Below are positions 1 through 9,759 of a stretch of 64,000 bases of DNA, one piece after another. The position numbers and the translations under genes were made by a program. The stretch's first letter is position 1, and each line of letters starts with the position of its first letter. The stretch spans positions 168,601-232,600 of the forward strand of contig CAVSHR010000003.1 of assembly GCA_963727625.1 (NCBI GenBank), given 5' to 3'. The notes under the pieces are model-generated. The model was not told where the DNA came from, did not search any database, and was given only the letters and a program-made list of their open reading frames with translations. Source of the stretch: an uncultured delta proteobacterium (lineage in GTDB: Bacteria > Desulfobacterota > Binatia > UBA9968).

Positions 1-298
1 GAGTATAGCGCAGGGGCCTGCTCGACGAGCTTCCGGTGCTTTTTCCAGGTAAAAGATTGCCTAGAAAATCCCAAAAAGACGAAGATCGTTGTCCTTGCCG
101 GGGCTGGACGACAATCGAGCGCTCGCGCAAACTGTCGGCCAGGGCGATTTCTACTTGCCGCGCCATTAACAACGCGGTCTGGAGCGTCGCCTCAGTAGTG
201 AGGCGCTGGGCGATCAGCCAGATGCCCGCGCCGAGAATGCTGAAAATTACCACGACCGTGCCGCAAAAAACCGCGATTTGTTGCTGGCGTAGACTCAT
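1..298 (-). CDS. Membrane-anchored protein, N-terminal part only (possibly a sensor kinase); runs off the window
   Basis: Manual translation from ATG at 298: MSLRQQQIAVFCGTVVVIFSILGAGIWLIAQRLTTEATLQTALLMARQVE..., open to the window edge, one N-terminal TM helix. Confidence 0.6.
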   Translation of the reverse strand, partial: MSLRQQQIAVFCGTVVVIFSILGAGIWLIAQRLTTEATLQTALLMARQVEIALADSLRERSIVVQPRQGQRSSSFWDFLGNLLPGKSTGSSSSRPLRYT

Positions 299-402
299 CC
301 GGCGATAAGGATAGCAGATCGGGCAAAGCCAGCAAAGTTTCTTGTTTGTGCCAAACAGGTTCGCCTTGCGCCCCCTAGCCCTTTATTGCATATTGAAGTG
401 TA

Positions 403-1413
403 ATGCTCGTCGATATTTTCAAACGCCCGCTCAAGGACCTGCGCATCTCAGTGACTGACCGGTGCAATTTCCGTTGCACCTATTGCATGCCGTTGGATGA
501 GTACGAGTGGATCGACAAAAAAGAAATTTTGACCTTCGAGGAGATCACCCGGTTAGCGAAGCTTAGCGTCGAGTTCGGCGTCGAGAAGATTCGCCTGACC
601 GGTGGCGAGCCACTGGTGAGGAAGGATTTGCCGGTGCTGATTGAAAAGCTTGCCGTGCTCCGAGGATTGGAAGACCTCTGTCTCACGACCAACGGCGCCT
701 TGCTGAGCGAGCGGATTCAGGCGCTTAAGGCAGCCGGCCTGCAGCGCATCAACATCAGCATCGACAGCCTGGACCCCGACAAGTTCAGGCGCATGACCAA
801 GCGCGGTGATCTCAACAAAGTGCTGGACGGGATCTTCGCGGCTAAGCAGGCAGGCCTGGCACCGATCAAGCTAAACGCTGTAGTCGAGCGCGGCGTCAAC
901 GACGATGACATCATTCCGCTGGTCGAGTTTGCCCGGGAACATGGCTTTGCCATGCGCTTCATCGAGTACATGGACGTCGGCAACGCCAACAATTGGACTT
1001 CGGCGAAGCTGGTGCCGAAAACGGAAATCATCGAAAAGATTCACGCGCGCTATCCGCTCAGAGAAATGGGCCGGGATCAGGGTAGCGCACCGTCGGTGGA
1101 TTATGAATTCGTCGACGGACGCGGCGACATCGGCGTGATCGCGTCGGTGACCGAGCCTTTTTGCGGCAGCTGCACGCGCTTGCGTCTAACCGCGGACGGA
1201 AAATTTGTCACCTGCCTGTTCTCCCAGGTGGGACACGACGTCAAAGCCTTGCTACGGGGCGGTGCTACCGATGGCGAGATCAGAACCTTTCTCGCTTCGA
1301 TCTGGCAGAACAGGACGGACCGATATTCCGTCGAACGCCTGGAAGCGATGAAATCGGCTAACTACGACCCCAAGAGCCACCGCAAGATCGAAATGATCTC
1401 GCTAGGCGGTTAA
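403..1413 (+). CDS. moaA: GTP 3',8-cyclase MoaA
   Basis: LRISVTDRCNFRCTYCMP radical SAM motif, PFCGSCTRLRLTADG second cluster, C-terminal GG. Confidence 0.97.
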   Translation: MLVDIFKRPLKDLRISVTDRCNFRCTYCMPLDEYEWIDKKEILTFEEITRLAKLSVEFGVEKIRLTGGEPLVRKDLPVLIEKLAVLRGLEDLCLTTNGALLSERIQALKAAGLQRINISIDSLDPDKFRRMTKRGDLNKVLDGIFAAKQAGLAPIKLNAVVERGVNDDDIIPLVEFAREHGFAMRFIEYMDVGNANNWTSAKLVPKTEIIEKIHARYPLREMGRDQGSAPSVDYEFVDGRGDIGVIASVTEPFCGSCTRLRLTADGKFVTCLFSQVGHDVKALLRGGATDGEIRTFLASIWQNRTDRYSVERLEAMKSANYDPKSHRKIEMISLGG

Positions 1414-1433
1414 TTCGATCAGGTTTTTTTCCG

Positions 1434-1775
1434 CTAATCTTTCGGCAGCAAGCCGCGGCGCTCCAGACTCGCACGCTCCTCCGGGGTCAAGCGCGGGATG
1501 GTAACGTAGCCACGGTTTTCGTAGACGCGGGCACAACTATCCATAAAGCTTTCGCTAAAAAGAGGTCCGATGCCGACACTTGAACCGCTGCACTCTGCGG
1601 TAGCGCCGGTCTGCGGCTGAATCATTTTTATGGTTTGACTCGCACAGGCAGAAATCGCGAGCAAGCTAAGGGCAAAAACAATCCGTTCGGTGTAAGCGTG
1701 CAACTTTGGGTCTTTCATTTGCCAGGCTTCCTCGTGAGCGAACTTGCGCGGCCCTCTGCAAATGACTAATACCAT
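1434..1775 (-). CDS. Small hypothetical lipoprotein (start may be at MKDPKL)
   Basis: Hydrophobic stretch ending in lipobox-like LAISAC, followed by a Cys pair. Confidence 0.6.
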   Translation of the reverse strand: MVLVICRGPRKFAHEEAWQMKDPKLHAYTERIVFALSLLAISACASQTIKMIQPQTGATAECSGSSVGIGPLFSESFMDSCARVYENRGYVTIPRLTPEERASLERRGLLPKD

Positions 1776-1873
1776 TTAGGCGCACGATTTAGAACCCCGC
1801 TAACGCGCCGGCGAGGATCGCTGAGCGCCATCGATAGGAATAGCTAGAGTCAACAATTGTCCAGAGGGCGGGA

Positions 1874-1936
1874 ATGTTACTCAAAGACAAGATCGCGCTG
1901 GTCACCGGCTCGACCCACAATATCGGGGCCGATTGA
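1874..1936 (+). pseudogene. Truncated N-terminus of an SDR oxidoreductase
   Basis: GAGGG RBS, then MLLKDKIALVTGSTHNIGAD-stop: the Rossmann TGxxxxIG start with nothing after it. Confidence 0.65.
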
Positions 1937-1977
1937 GTGCGTATCCGCAACGCCCCCTCCGCCAAAGTGAACAATCG

Positions 1978-2760
1978 ATGCGAACTCCGGCGTCACGCCA
2001 ATTGTCACCTCCAACACTTAGGCTCGCGATCGTCGCATGTCTAAGCACCGCGACCGCGACGTTTGGCGCCAGTTACGACGAATTGAGGTCGGAGGCGGTT
2101 CAGCGCTGCCAAGCGATCGATCCCGGCGCCTATCAGACTGGCCTGTTTTTCAATTCCGACGGCTATCGTTCCTACTATGTTCGATCGGAGTGTTTTCAAA
2201 GAATTGCAGTGGAGTTTCGCGACGAGACGCTTTGTGCCGAAGTCAAGCAGCGATATTCGCTGTTTTCGTCCAGCTGGGGTTATTCGCTCGCGCAATGCCA
2301 CAAGCTGGTCCACGGAGGCATTGCTGTGGATGAAAATACTTTGACGGAGATCAAGCAGCGCTATCGCCAGGGAGCGGTGCGACTGCGCGATTTTCGCCTC
2401 GAACGAAACGGCAACGGCCGCGACTTCGACATCATTCCATCGTTCACCGGCGCATTCGGTCATGGCTACAATCTGCGCTTTGAGCTTTTTCCAACCGCAG
2501 CCGCTAACCCCCCCGTGCTCTTACATACCTCTGGTTATTATGTAGACGGCAACAGCAACCTGCGCATTTTTGTCAGACAAGAGGAGATCCGCCAACCCTT
2601 TCCCGACCTTGTCCTGGGGCGGCCCTATACGGTGCGCGCGACTTTGACGCTTAATATTGGCAACGGCGGTCAAGCCGGGAAGTGGAGCGATGCATTCATC
2701 GAACGTATCTTCCCGGCGCGAGAGCGCAGCCAATCTTTGGACAGAGAAGTTAAGTTCTGA
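1978..2760 (+). CDS. Hypothetical secreted protein
   Basis: Long ORF with signal-peptide-like LAIVACLSTATATFGA and several Cys; no recognised family. Confidence 0.65.
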   Translation: MRTPASRQLSPPTLRLAIVACLSTATATFGASYDELRSEAVQRCQAIDPGAYQTGLFFNSDGYRSYYVRSECFQRIAVEFRDETLCAEVKQRYSLFSSSWGYSLAQCHKLVHGGIAVDENTLTEIKQRYRQGAVRLRDFRLERNGNGRDFDIIPSFTGAFGHGYNLRFELFPTAAANPPVLLHTSGYYVDGNSNLRIFVRQEEIRQPFPDLVLGRPYTVRATLTLNIGNGGQAGKWSDAFIERIFPARERSQSLDREVKF

Positions 2761-2848
2761 CTGCGAGGGGAAAACCCGTCGGCGAAAAATAGCAGGCCGA
2801 TCGCTGATATAGAAACCGTGATTCACTATTCTCAACAGGTTCTGACCT

Positions 2849-4063
2849 ATGCCATTTCCATTGAGTCGTGACGGCTGGCTGCTTTTCATCACCTGCGGGG
2901 TCCGTTCGTTTGCTTATGGTTTTCTCTCGGTCATTCTAGGGCTGTACCTCGATTCCGCCGGACTTAGCCCCGGCACAATCGGCTGGATATTTACCGCGGC
3001 GCTCGCGGGCGGTGCCGTCATGACGATCCTCGTCACCAGTGTAGCCGACCGCTTCGGGCGCGGAATATTTTTGATCATTGGTGCAATCCTAATGGCTTTG
3101 GCGGGCTGCGTGTTTGCCGTCAGTCACGATCCTATTTTTCTCGCGATCGCTGCGATCTTTGGCACTATAAGCCCTTCCGGCAAAGAAGTCGGTCCATTTC
3201 TTTCCATCGAACAGGCGATTTTGCCGCAGACGACTCCCGCTCAGCACCGTACAGCTATTTTCTCCGCGTATAATCTCGTCGGCTCGTTCGCCGGGGCAAT
3301 CGGCGCGCTAGCGGTCGGGTTACCCACGCTTTTCGCGCTGTCGGCGGCGGCGGGTTATCGACTGCTCATTTGGAGTTATGTCGCGGCGGCACTGATTCTC
3401 GCGATGTTATTCACTTTGCTCTCGAAAGACGTGGAAACTCGGCAGCCGGTCGGCTCTCAACGCCTGCGAATCGGCGTGCACAAGTCGCGCGGCATCGTCG
3501 CTAAATTGGCCGGCCTGTTTGCGCTGGATGCTTTCGCCGGTGGGTTCATCGTACAAAGCATCATCGCTTACTGGTTTTATCTTCGTTTCAAGACAGACTT
3601 GAACGTTTTAGGCGGCATCTTTTTCGGCACGAATATCCTCGCTGCCTTGTCGTTTCTCGCAGCTCCCGCGATCGCGCGCCGGATTGGCTTGCTGAATACG
3701 ATGGTGTTCACTCACCTGCCGTCGAATTTTCTGATTCTTCTGGTGCCGCTGATGCCGAACCTCAAGCTCGCTGTGGTCATGCTGCTGCTGCGCAATTCTC
3801 TGTCGCAGCTCGACGTGCCGACGCGCCAATCGTATACGATGGCAGTGGTTGATGCCGATGAACGGGCGGCGTCAGCGGGCATCCTATCGGTTGCCCGTAA
3901 CGCCGGCGCCGCGCTGGCGCCGTTGTTTACCGGGGCAATCCTCGCTCGGCCAACTTGGGGCCTGCCTTTCTTACTCGCGGGAGGGTTGAAGGTTGTTTAT
4001 GACCTATGGATCTTCGTAGTGTTTCGGCGTGTGAAGCCGCCGGAAGAGAACGAACCACGTTGA
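2849..4063 (+). CDS. MFS transporter
   Basis: ~12 hydrophobic segments, ADRFGR motif A, DVPTRQSY. Confidence 0.92.
   Translation: MPFPLSRDGWLLFITCGVRSFAYGFLSVILGLYLDSAGLSPGTIGWIFTAALAGGAVMTILVTSVADRFGRGIFLIIGAILMALAGCVFAVSHDPIFLAIAAIFGTISPSGKEVGPFLSIEQAILPQTTPAQHRTAIFSAYNLVGSFAGAIGALAVGLPTLFALSAAAGYRLLIWSYVAAALILAMLFTLLSKDVETRQPVGSQRLRIGVHKSRGIVAKLAGLFALDAFAGGFIVQSIIAYWFYLRFKTDLNVLGGIFFGTNILAALSFLAAPAIARRIGLLNTMVFTHLPSNFLILLVPLMPNLKLAVVMLLLRNSLSQLDVPTRQSYTMAVVDADERAASAGILSVARNAGAALAPLFTGAILARPTWGLPFLLAGGLKVVYDLWIFVVFRRVKPPEENEPR
3908..4047 (+). repeat. 140-bp imperfect direct repeat, copy 1 (3' end of the MFS gene)
   Basis: gccgcgctggcgccgttgtttaccggggcaatcctcgctcggccaacttggg...gccgccggaaga, matching 5242-5381. 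Confidence 0.85.
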
Positions 4064-4091
4064 TCCTGCAAAGCTGTGACACTGAAGCTCT

Positions 4092-4904
4092 TCACGAATC
4101 GCTGTACGAGTATCCGTCCAAGAAAGAAAATCCGCGCATCCGCTGCTTCACCGCATCGATCAACTCCTGATTCCACTCCACGTCCGTGCGAGATTTATGG
4201 GAAGATTTGTAAATAACGCTGGCACAATCACTCAAATAACTTTCGTCAGAGCCCATGCCAAGGGAAGCACACAGCGCCATAAGCGTGCTCTTGGGATTAT
4301 TGATGAGGGATTCATGATAAATATTATGGACGGCGCCGGTCGCTACCTGAGGCTTCAGCGTTTCGACTATCTCGCACATGGAAAAGTATCTGTTGATCGC
4401 ATTCGGCAGAAATTCTCCGCTTCTGATTTTCATGGTGCTGATGTTGTCATAAGGATTTCTGATGACATGAATGAGCTTGAGGTCGACCCCTTTTAGCTTT
4501 TGCCGCAGTGATTTCAGGAGGGATGGGTTCCGACGCAGTCGAGTCAGTCCGGTTGACTCGCCGATGACCCGCGGCTTATCAAACCTGCCTTGCCACTGAT
4601 TAGGGACTTCGTAAGAGTACCGACGCTGTTTCCTACCTGTTCTGGCGACCTGCCGAGAATTTTGCATCAACAAGTAGAAAATTTGTTGTTTACCAAACCC
4701 ATACTTAAGATACCTGAGTGCGCTGGTTTGGCTGGCCACGATCATATTTGGATGGGCATCCAGCAGAAATCCGATGAGAGTGTGGCCGCTGCGTGGATAA
4801 CCAATAAACATAACAAAGGTTTTGATGTCATTAAAAATTCTTGGCTCGTAAACGGTGTGGCAAAGAGAGGTAAAGAACCGATAAGGAATGGTCAGTAAAT
4901 CCAT
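4092..4904 (-). CDS. Sulfotransferase family protein
   Basis: 5'-PSB loop IGYPRSGHT, LLDAHP, IHVIRNPYD 3'-PB motif; more AT-rich than neighbours. Confidence 0.85.
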   Translation of the reverse strand: MDLLTIPYRFFTSLCHTVYEPRIFNDIKTFVMFIGYPRSGHTLIGFLLDAHPNMIVASQTSALRYLKYGFGKQQIFYLLMQNSRQVARTGRKQRRYSYEVPNQWQGRFDKPRVIGESTGLTRLRRNPSLLKSLRQKLKGVDLKLIHVIRNPYDNISTMKIRSGEFLPNAINRYFSMCEIVETLKPQVATGAVHNIYHESLINNPKSTLMALCASLGMGSDESYLSDCASVIYKSSHKSRTDVEWNQELIDAVKQRMRGFSFLDGYSYSDS

Positions 4905-5108
4905 GGGGTAAAACTCCTAACAATTATGATCCGAAACTGATTAGAACGCGAAGTTGGAGCAATCGGTTTCAGAATTGTATTAACGAGACCGGCTCCAAAC
5001 TCGACGAATTCAATCTTTATTGAAATAGCGGATATTTGGCAAAGGACGCAAGCGCCAGGGTAGAATTGAACGGCACTATCATCAACGAACCAAGGCATTC
5101 ATTCTCCT

Positions 5109-5381
5109 ATGAGCCGTTCTATTCTCGAAGTCCTCACAGTCGCTTTGCGGAGAGGCCCGACTTACTTCGGCGGGCCGATGGCGCACTTGGGATATTTTCG
5201 TGATGAATTGGGAGACCGGCGCAGGCGGCTGGAGGAGCGGAGCCGCGCTGGCGCCATTGTTTGCCGGGGCAATTCTTGCTCGGCCAACTTGGGTGTTGCC
5301 TTTCTTAATGCCGGGAGGCTAAAAATTTATTTTTGACCTGTGGATTTTCACGGTCATTCGCAACGTGTAGCCGCCGGAAGA
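5109..5381 (+). pseudogene. Chimeric relic: chrA 5' end fused to a degenerate copy of the MFS 3' end
   Basis: MSRSILEVLTVALRRGPTYFGGPMAHLGYFRDE parallels ChrA LLEVLWVSTRLGLTSFGGPIAHLGYFHEE; 5242-5381 repeats 3908-4047 with stops. Confidence 0.8.
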
Positions 5382-5415
5382 AATGAAGATTGCAGGATGG
5401 TAGGCCGCGATCAGA

Positions 5416-6163
5416 TTAATCCGGTGGGCATATAGATTCCGGGATTCTAAACTTGCGCTGATAGGCCCCCGCGATCATTCCAGTGATGCGTTTGAATAAA
5501 CGCCGGAAAAAAGCTGGCTCCTCATAGCCGACTTGCCAGCTGATCTCGTCAACCGGCGCCTCGGTGCGCTCGAGCCGGCGCTTGGCTTCTTCGACGCGCA
5601 AACGTTGCACGTAGGCGATAGGCAAATAGCCGGTAGCCACCTTGAACCGACGTTTGAAGCTCCGTAGGGCAACGCCGGAACGGCGTACGGCTTGCTCGAC
5701 GGGGTTGGCGACGGAAAAATGGCTGCTCTGCCATCGCTGCGTGAGTTGGATTGCGGTGTCCCGATGATCGGTGACCGGTTCGAAGACGACCAAGGGCTAT
5801 AGCCCTTGGTCGTGCGACTGAAAGGCATAAAATTTGGCGATTGCCCTGCGCTGCTGTCGGTCCCGCATACCGGGAGATGAGATAGAGCACCAAATCGTGC
5901 CAAGAGGTCGAAGCGCCCGACATGACGAACTCCTCGTGAGGTCCCGCTGCAACAAGTGTTCGCTCGGGCACTAATCGGACATTCGGAAAGTTCTTGCGAA
6001 AAGTTTGCGCATAAATCCAGTGAATTGTTGCGTCCTTTTCATTCAGTAGTCCGGTCTCCGCGAGCAACGGCACTCCCGAACAAGTGGAACATAACGTCGC
6101 GTCGCGTGCATGCATCGCCGCCCCAATCATCGCTATGATCATAGCCAACAACGGCTTAATCAT
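5416..6163 (-). pseudogene. GlxA-family (DJ-1/PfpI + AraC) regulator, frameshifted and partly deleted
   Basis: STCSGVPLLAETGLLNEKDATIHW in one frame and the AraC HTH (VGYEEPAFFRRLFKR) in another; N-terminus missing. Confidence 0.8.
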
Positions 6164-6319
6164 CGCGTTCTCACGTACTAGGAACCCCTGACCTGGTAGT
6201 TTGTACGGTGCGCTCGTTTTTGTCGCAGTGACTTTGAATTACAAAAAGTCCAGCGTGGCCTCGACGTAATACAAGGCTTTCCGCGACGTGCCGACAATTT
6301 GTAGACTCTGGCTAGACAA

Positions 6320-6748
6320 TTAGGCGCGCGGATGCCGTTCCGCCAATTCAATCTCGTGGCCGTCCGGGTCGCGGATCCAAGCGCTCAGGCCCATGCCGTC
6401 GGATCTCTGCTTCAGCGGGCGAATGAAAGCGACGTCTTTCTTTTCGAGAATCGCGCAAAGCTTGCGAAGATCGCTCGTGTCAATGCCAATGTGAATGTTT
6501 GCCGGCGTTACCTGAGTTGGTGCTCTCTCACTGATGTCTTGAATCAATTCGAGGAATGGCGTGCTCGCTTCGTCGCCGTAACCGATCAAGCCGACTTCCA
6601 CCTTGCGGGCGTCACTGGCGTGGCGCTCTTTCACTTTCATGCCGAGCAGGCGCTTATAGAACGCAATGGATCGATTGAGATCGGCCACCGGCAACATCGT
6701 GTGGTGGACGCGGAAACCAAGGTCCTTGACCAAACAGTCATTCTTCAT
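6320..6748 (-). CDS. VOC/glyoxalase I-like protein
   Basis: HTMLPVADLNRSIAFY, GYGDE, IRDPDGHEIEL. Confidence 0.88.
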   Translation of the reverse strand: MKNDCLVKDLGFRVHHTMLPVADLNRSIAFYKRLLGMKVKERHASDARKVEVGLIGYGDEASTPFLELIQDISERAPTQVTPANIHIGIDTSDLRKLCAILEKKDVAFIRPLKQRSDGMGLSAWIRDPDGHEIELAERHPRA

Positions 6749-6801
6749 AACACCTCCTCCGTCAGACTTCGACGTGACGCCGCTTTTTTTGGCGTTTCAT
6801 T

Positions 6802-8034
6802 TCAAATACGGGCTACCATCTCCCCCCCCAGAGCGGTCATAACAACGACCAGCCAAGGGGGACATTTCCAAAACATCAAAAGCCCGAAGGCGAGGAGTCC
6901 AAGCCCGAAGTCGGCGGGAGAATAGATCGCGCTGCTCCACACCGGTCTGTAGAGCGCGGTCAGCAGCAAACCAACCACTGCTGCGTTGATACCTTTCAAA
7001 GCAGATTGGAAGACCGGCACCGAACGAAGCAGGTCCCAAAATGGCAAAGCGCCGGCGACCAACAAAAAAGAAGGAAGGAAAATCGCAACCAGAGTTAGAA
7101 ATGCTTCTGGCAAACCGTTCAGCTCCGTGCCCATGACAGCACCGAGGTATGCAGAAAAAGTAAAAAGCGGTCCGGGCACGGCTTGAGTAGCTCCATAGCC
7201 CGCCACGAATTGCTCGTTCGTGACCCAACCCGGACCCACGACCTCGGATTGAAGCAGCGGAAGAACGACATGACCGCCGCCAAAAACGAGTGAGCCGACG
7301 CGAAAAAAACTGTCAAAAACTTCAACCGCATGAACCGCCCATACTTGTCTCAAAAGAGGCAGGCCTAAGAGGAGCGCAAAAAAAATAATCCAGGCGGTCA
7401 ATCCAGTTTTTTTGCCGACAGGAAAACGCATGTGAGAGACCGAAGAAGAAGCCGCACCGGGAAAAATCATTAAACCAATGATGGCGGCGATGGCGATCGA
7501 TGAAAGCTGCCCTATGGCAGTTGGCCATGCGAGCGTGACTATCGAAGCGAGAACTGCAATCGTGGCGCGCTCCCGGTCCGGACAAAGCGAACGGGCCATT
7601 CCCCAGACTGCTTGGGCAACGACGGCAACTGCAACAACTTTAAGCCCGTGTAGCCAACCCGTATCTGCAGCGCTCGCGAACGCGCCGATACCGAAGGCAA
7701 ACACGATCAGCGCAAGCGCCGACGGCATGGTAAAGCCCAGCCATGCGGCAACACCGCCGAGGAGCCGCGCACGGGCAATGCCGATCGCGATGCCAACCTG
7801 GCTGCTGGCTGGCCCAGGCAGAAACTGGCAGAGCGCGACGAGGTCGGCATAACTTTGCTCATCAATCCACTTTCTGCGCTTGACGTACTCTTCGTGAAAA
7901 TAACCGAGATGCGCGATCGGACCGCCGAAGGAGGTCAGTCCGAGGCGGGTCGAAACCCAGAGGACTTCAAGAAGGGAACCGCGGTGGCGACCGAGAGTCA
8001 CTTGATCAGTGACAATTTCAGGTTGCTCACTCAT
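6802..8034 (-). CDS. chrA: Chromate efflux transporter, long-chain CHR family
   Basis: SFGGPIAHLG, CQFLPGPASSQ, VFGGGHVVLP, QAVPGPLF. Confidence 0.95.
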   Translation of the reverse strand: MSEQPEIVTDQVTLGRHRGSLLEVLWVSTRLGLTSFGGPIAHLGYFHEEYVKRRKWIDEQSYADLVALCQFLPGPASSQVGIAIGIARARLLGGVAAWLGFTMPSALALIVFAFGIGAFASAADTGWLHGLKVVAVAVVAQAVWGMARSLCPDRERATIAVLASIVTLAWPTAIGQLSSIAIAAIIGLMIFPGAASSSVSHMRFPVGKKTGLTAWIIFFALLLGLPLLRQVWAVHAVEVFDSFFRVGSLVFGGGHVVLPLLQSEVVGPGWVTNEQFVAGYGATQAVPGPLFTFSAYLGAVMGTELNGLPEAFLTLVAIFLPSFLLVAGALPFWDLLRSVPVFQSALKGINAAVVGLLLTALYRPVWSSAIYSPADFGLGLLAFGLLMFWKCPPWLVVVMTALGGEMVARI

Positions 8035-8404
8035 AGTGCTCAGCCACCTCTTCCAATGACCCCTCGGCGATTTTTAAAGCCTTAAGGGCAGTTTCCAAAT
8101 CCTCGCTCGGATGAGTCTTGAGAAACTTGCTTCCCTGATTTTTTATGCCCTTGACGATCTTGTGCCATTGCTTTGCCCGCCGGTGCGCTTTGAGATTTCG
8201 CTTGTGCCGAATCTCTCCGCCGAGTCCGGTATGTTCCAGCGTCTCTTCTACTGTATGTTCAGCGATTTCGAGCGCTAATAAGCCGTGCGCGAGATCTTCG
8301 TATCCTGTTTTTTTATAGATTGCCTTCAGCTGTTTTTGAAGTCGTTTGAATTCCTTTCTCAACGCTGTCATCTGAGTCTTTTGAGCTTGTCCAACTTGAG
8401 CCAT
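8027..8404 (-). CDS. Small helical hypothetical protein with an internal duplication, overlapping the chrA start
   Basis: AAGGAGG RBS; EDLAHGLLALEIAEHTVEETLEH resembles EDLETALKALKIAEGSLEEVAEH. Confidence 0.75.
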   Translation of the reverse strand: MAQVGQAQKTQMTALRKEFKRLQKQLKAIYKKTGYEDLAHGLLALEIAEHTVEETLEHTGLGGEIRHKRNLKAHRRAKQWHKIVKGIKNQGSKFLKTHPSEDLETALKALKIAEGSLEEVAEHYE

Positions 8405-8446
8405 TCTTCGAGTTCCTCCTTTGGGTTTGTTGGTTGGTTATTTTAC

Positions 8447-9006
8447 TCACATTTCCCATTTCTGATTGGTTACAGGTGGAGCAGTCGGCTGTGCGATATA
8501 AATGAACCTATAGCCCCTCTCGGTATGGCATCCGTTGCCCGCGCTTAACGTCTCGTCATACGATTTTTGAAACGCTGCTGGACTCCTGTGCTTTATGGCC
8601 TCGGCCAACTGGGCAATCTGAGTCTGAAGGACGGAATCTAATACAATTGAGATTTTGATCCCGTTCTTCTCTGCGTTCAGCGCCTTCGGAGCCTCCATGG
8701 TTTTCCTAAGTTCATCGAGCTCGTATTTTGATAGCTCCCAATTCCTGGCTTTGGACGCGAATCAGTAATTACCCGCGTGCAGTTGAATCGTGGTCATGGA
8801 CTCTCCCAACCGGGCGTGCGATCTTTGGCTGCTGCGAGTTCGGATTGCATCCGCTGGAGGGAATTTTGCAGCGCGACAAATCCGCCGTCGGTAGCCTTGT
8901 CCGAACCGCGGACTGGACTCTCCAAGCTCAGAACTCGGACGAAGAGAACCAAAATAAGAACTGCGTACAAAATTACACCGCCCTTGAGGTAAACCGCAGG
9001 CTTCAC
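8447..9006 (-). pseudogene. Disrupted membrane-anchored cytochrome c'-like gene
   Basis: Pieces across frames: TM anchor, GESMTTIQLHAG, stop, NWELSKYELDEL, C-terminal SAGNGCH (CxxCH with the first Cys lost). Confidence 0.65.
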
Positions 9007-9051
9007 ACTTTTTTCCTTTGACCAGGTGCCGCCGGATTTGCCACCGGCAGC

Positions 9052-9435
9052 TCACTCATCCTCCAGCAACTCGCCGAAAAGCTCGCTAACTTTTTGTCTC
9101 GCGGCGAGCAAAGCCTTCCGGCCTAGGGGGGTCGCTTCATACAACCGCCGCAGACTTTTCCCAGACCGCTCGCTGGTCGATCGCAGGTACCCCTTGTGCT
9201 CAAGCCCGTGCAGCAATGGATAAAGAGTGCCCGGGCTAAGTCGGTAACCGTGTCGGCCCAATTCCTCGATGAACCATAGACCGAAGACGGGACGCTTCGA
9301 GGCGTGGTGAAGGATGTGAAGGCGGATCAGTCCTGCATAGAGATCCTGGTCCCGTGCTTCTTGGCTTTGGTTCTTCTTAGCTTTCTGCATTTCGTTATCG
9401 AAATCCGATATAGAATGATTTCGATCACCTGTCAA
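9052..9435 (-). CDS. PadR-family transcriptional regulator (true start probably further in)
   Basis: LIRLHILHHA, EELGRHGYRLSPGTLYPLLH, YEATPLG. Confidence 0.9.
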   Translation of the reverse strand: MTGDRNHSISDFDNEMQKAKKNQSQEARDQDLYAGLIRLHILHHASKRPVFGLWFIEELGRHGYRLSPGTLYPLLHGLEHKGYLRSTSERSGKSLRRLYEATPLGRKALLAARQKVSELFGELLEDE

Positions 9436-9759
9436 TGACGTTGAGCCGGTCCGTCAATAGCAGAGCTCTGTTTGTGTGGTCAGGGCAGTTGACGTCCGAT
9501 ACGCTGCATTCGCCGAACTTAAACGGTGGTTGTTGGATGACTCTTCCGCGCTTTCGATAAACCGGTGCGGTCGCGTGATTGGCGCGCCGGTTACCTCCGC
9601 GCTTCAGCTCAGCCATTCGAGTCCATAAGGTAAAGCAATGGAGGCTTGTCGCTGTTTCTCTTCAAATATGCAACGATACTGTCGTTACGAATAAAGATTT
9701 TAGATTGTTAATTTCGATGTTTCTCCCGGGCTAGCCGCCTGGGGGAAGGAGTAAGAGTA

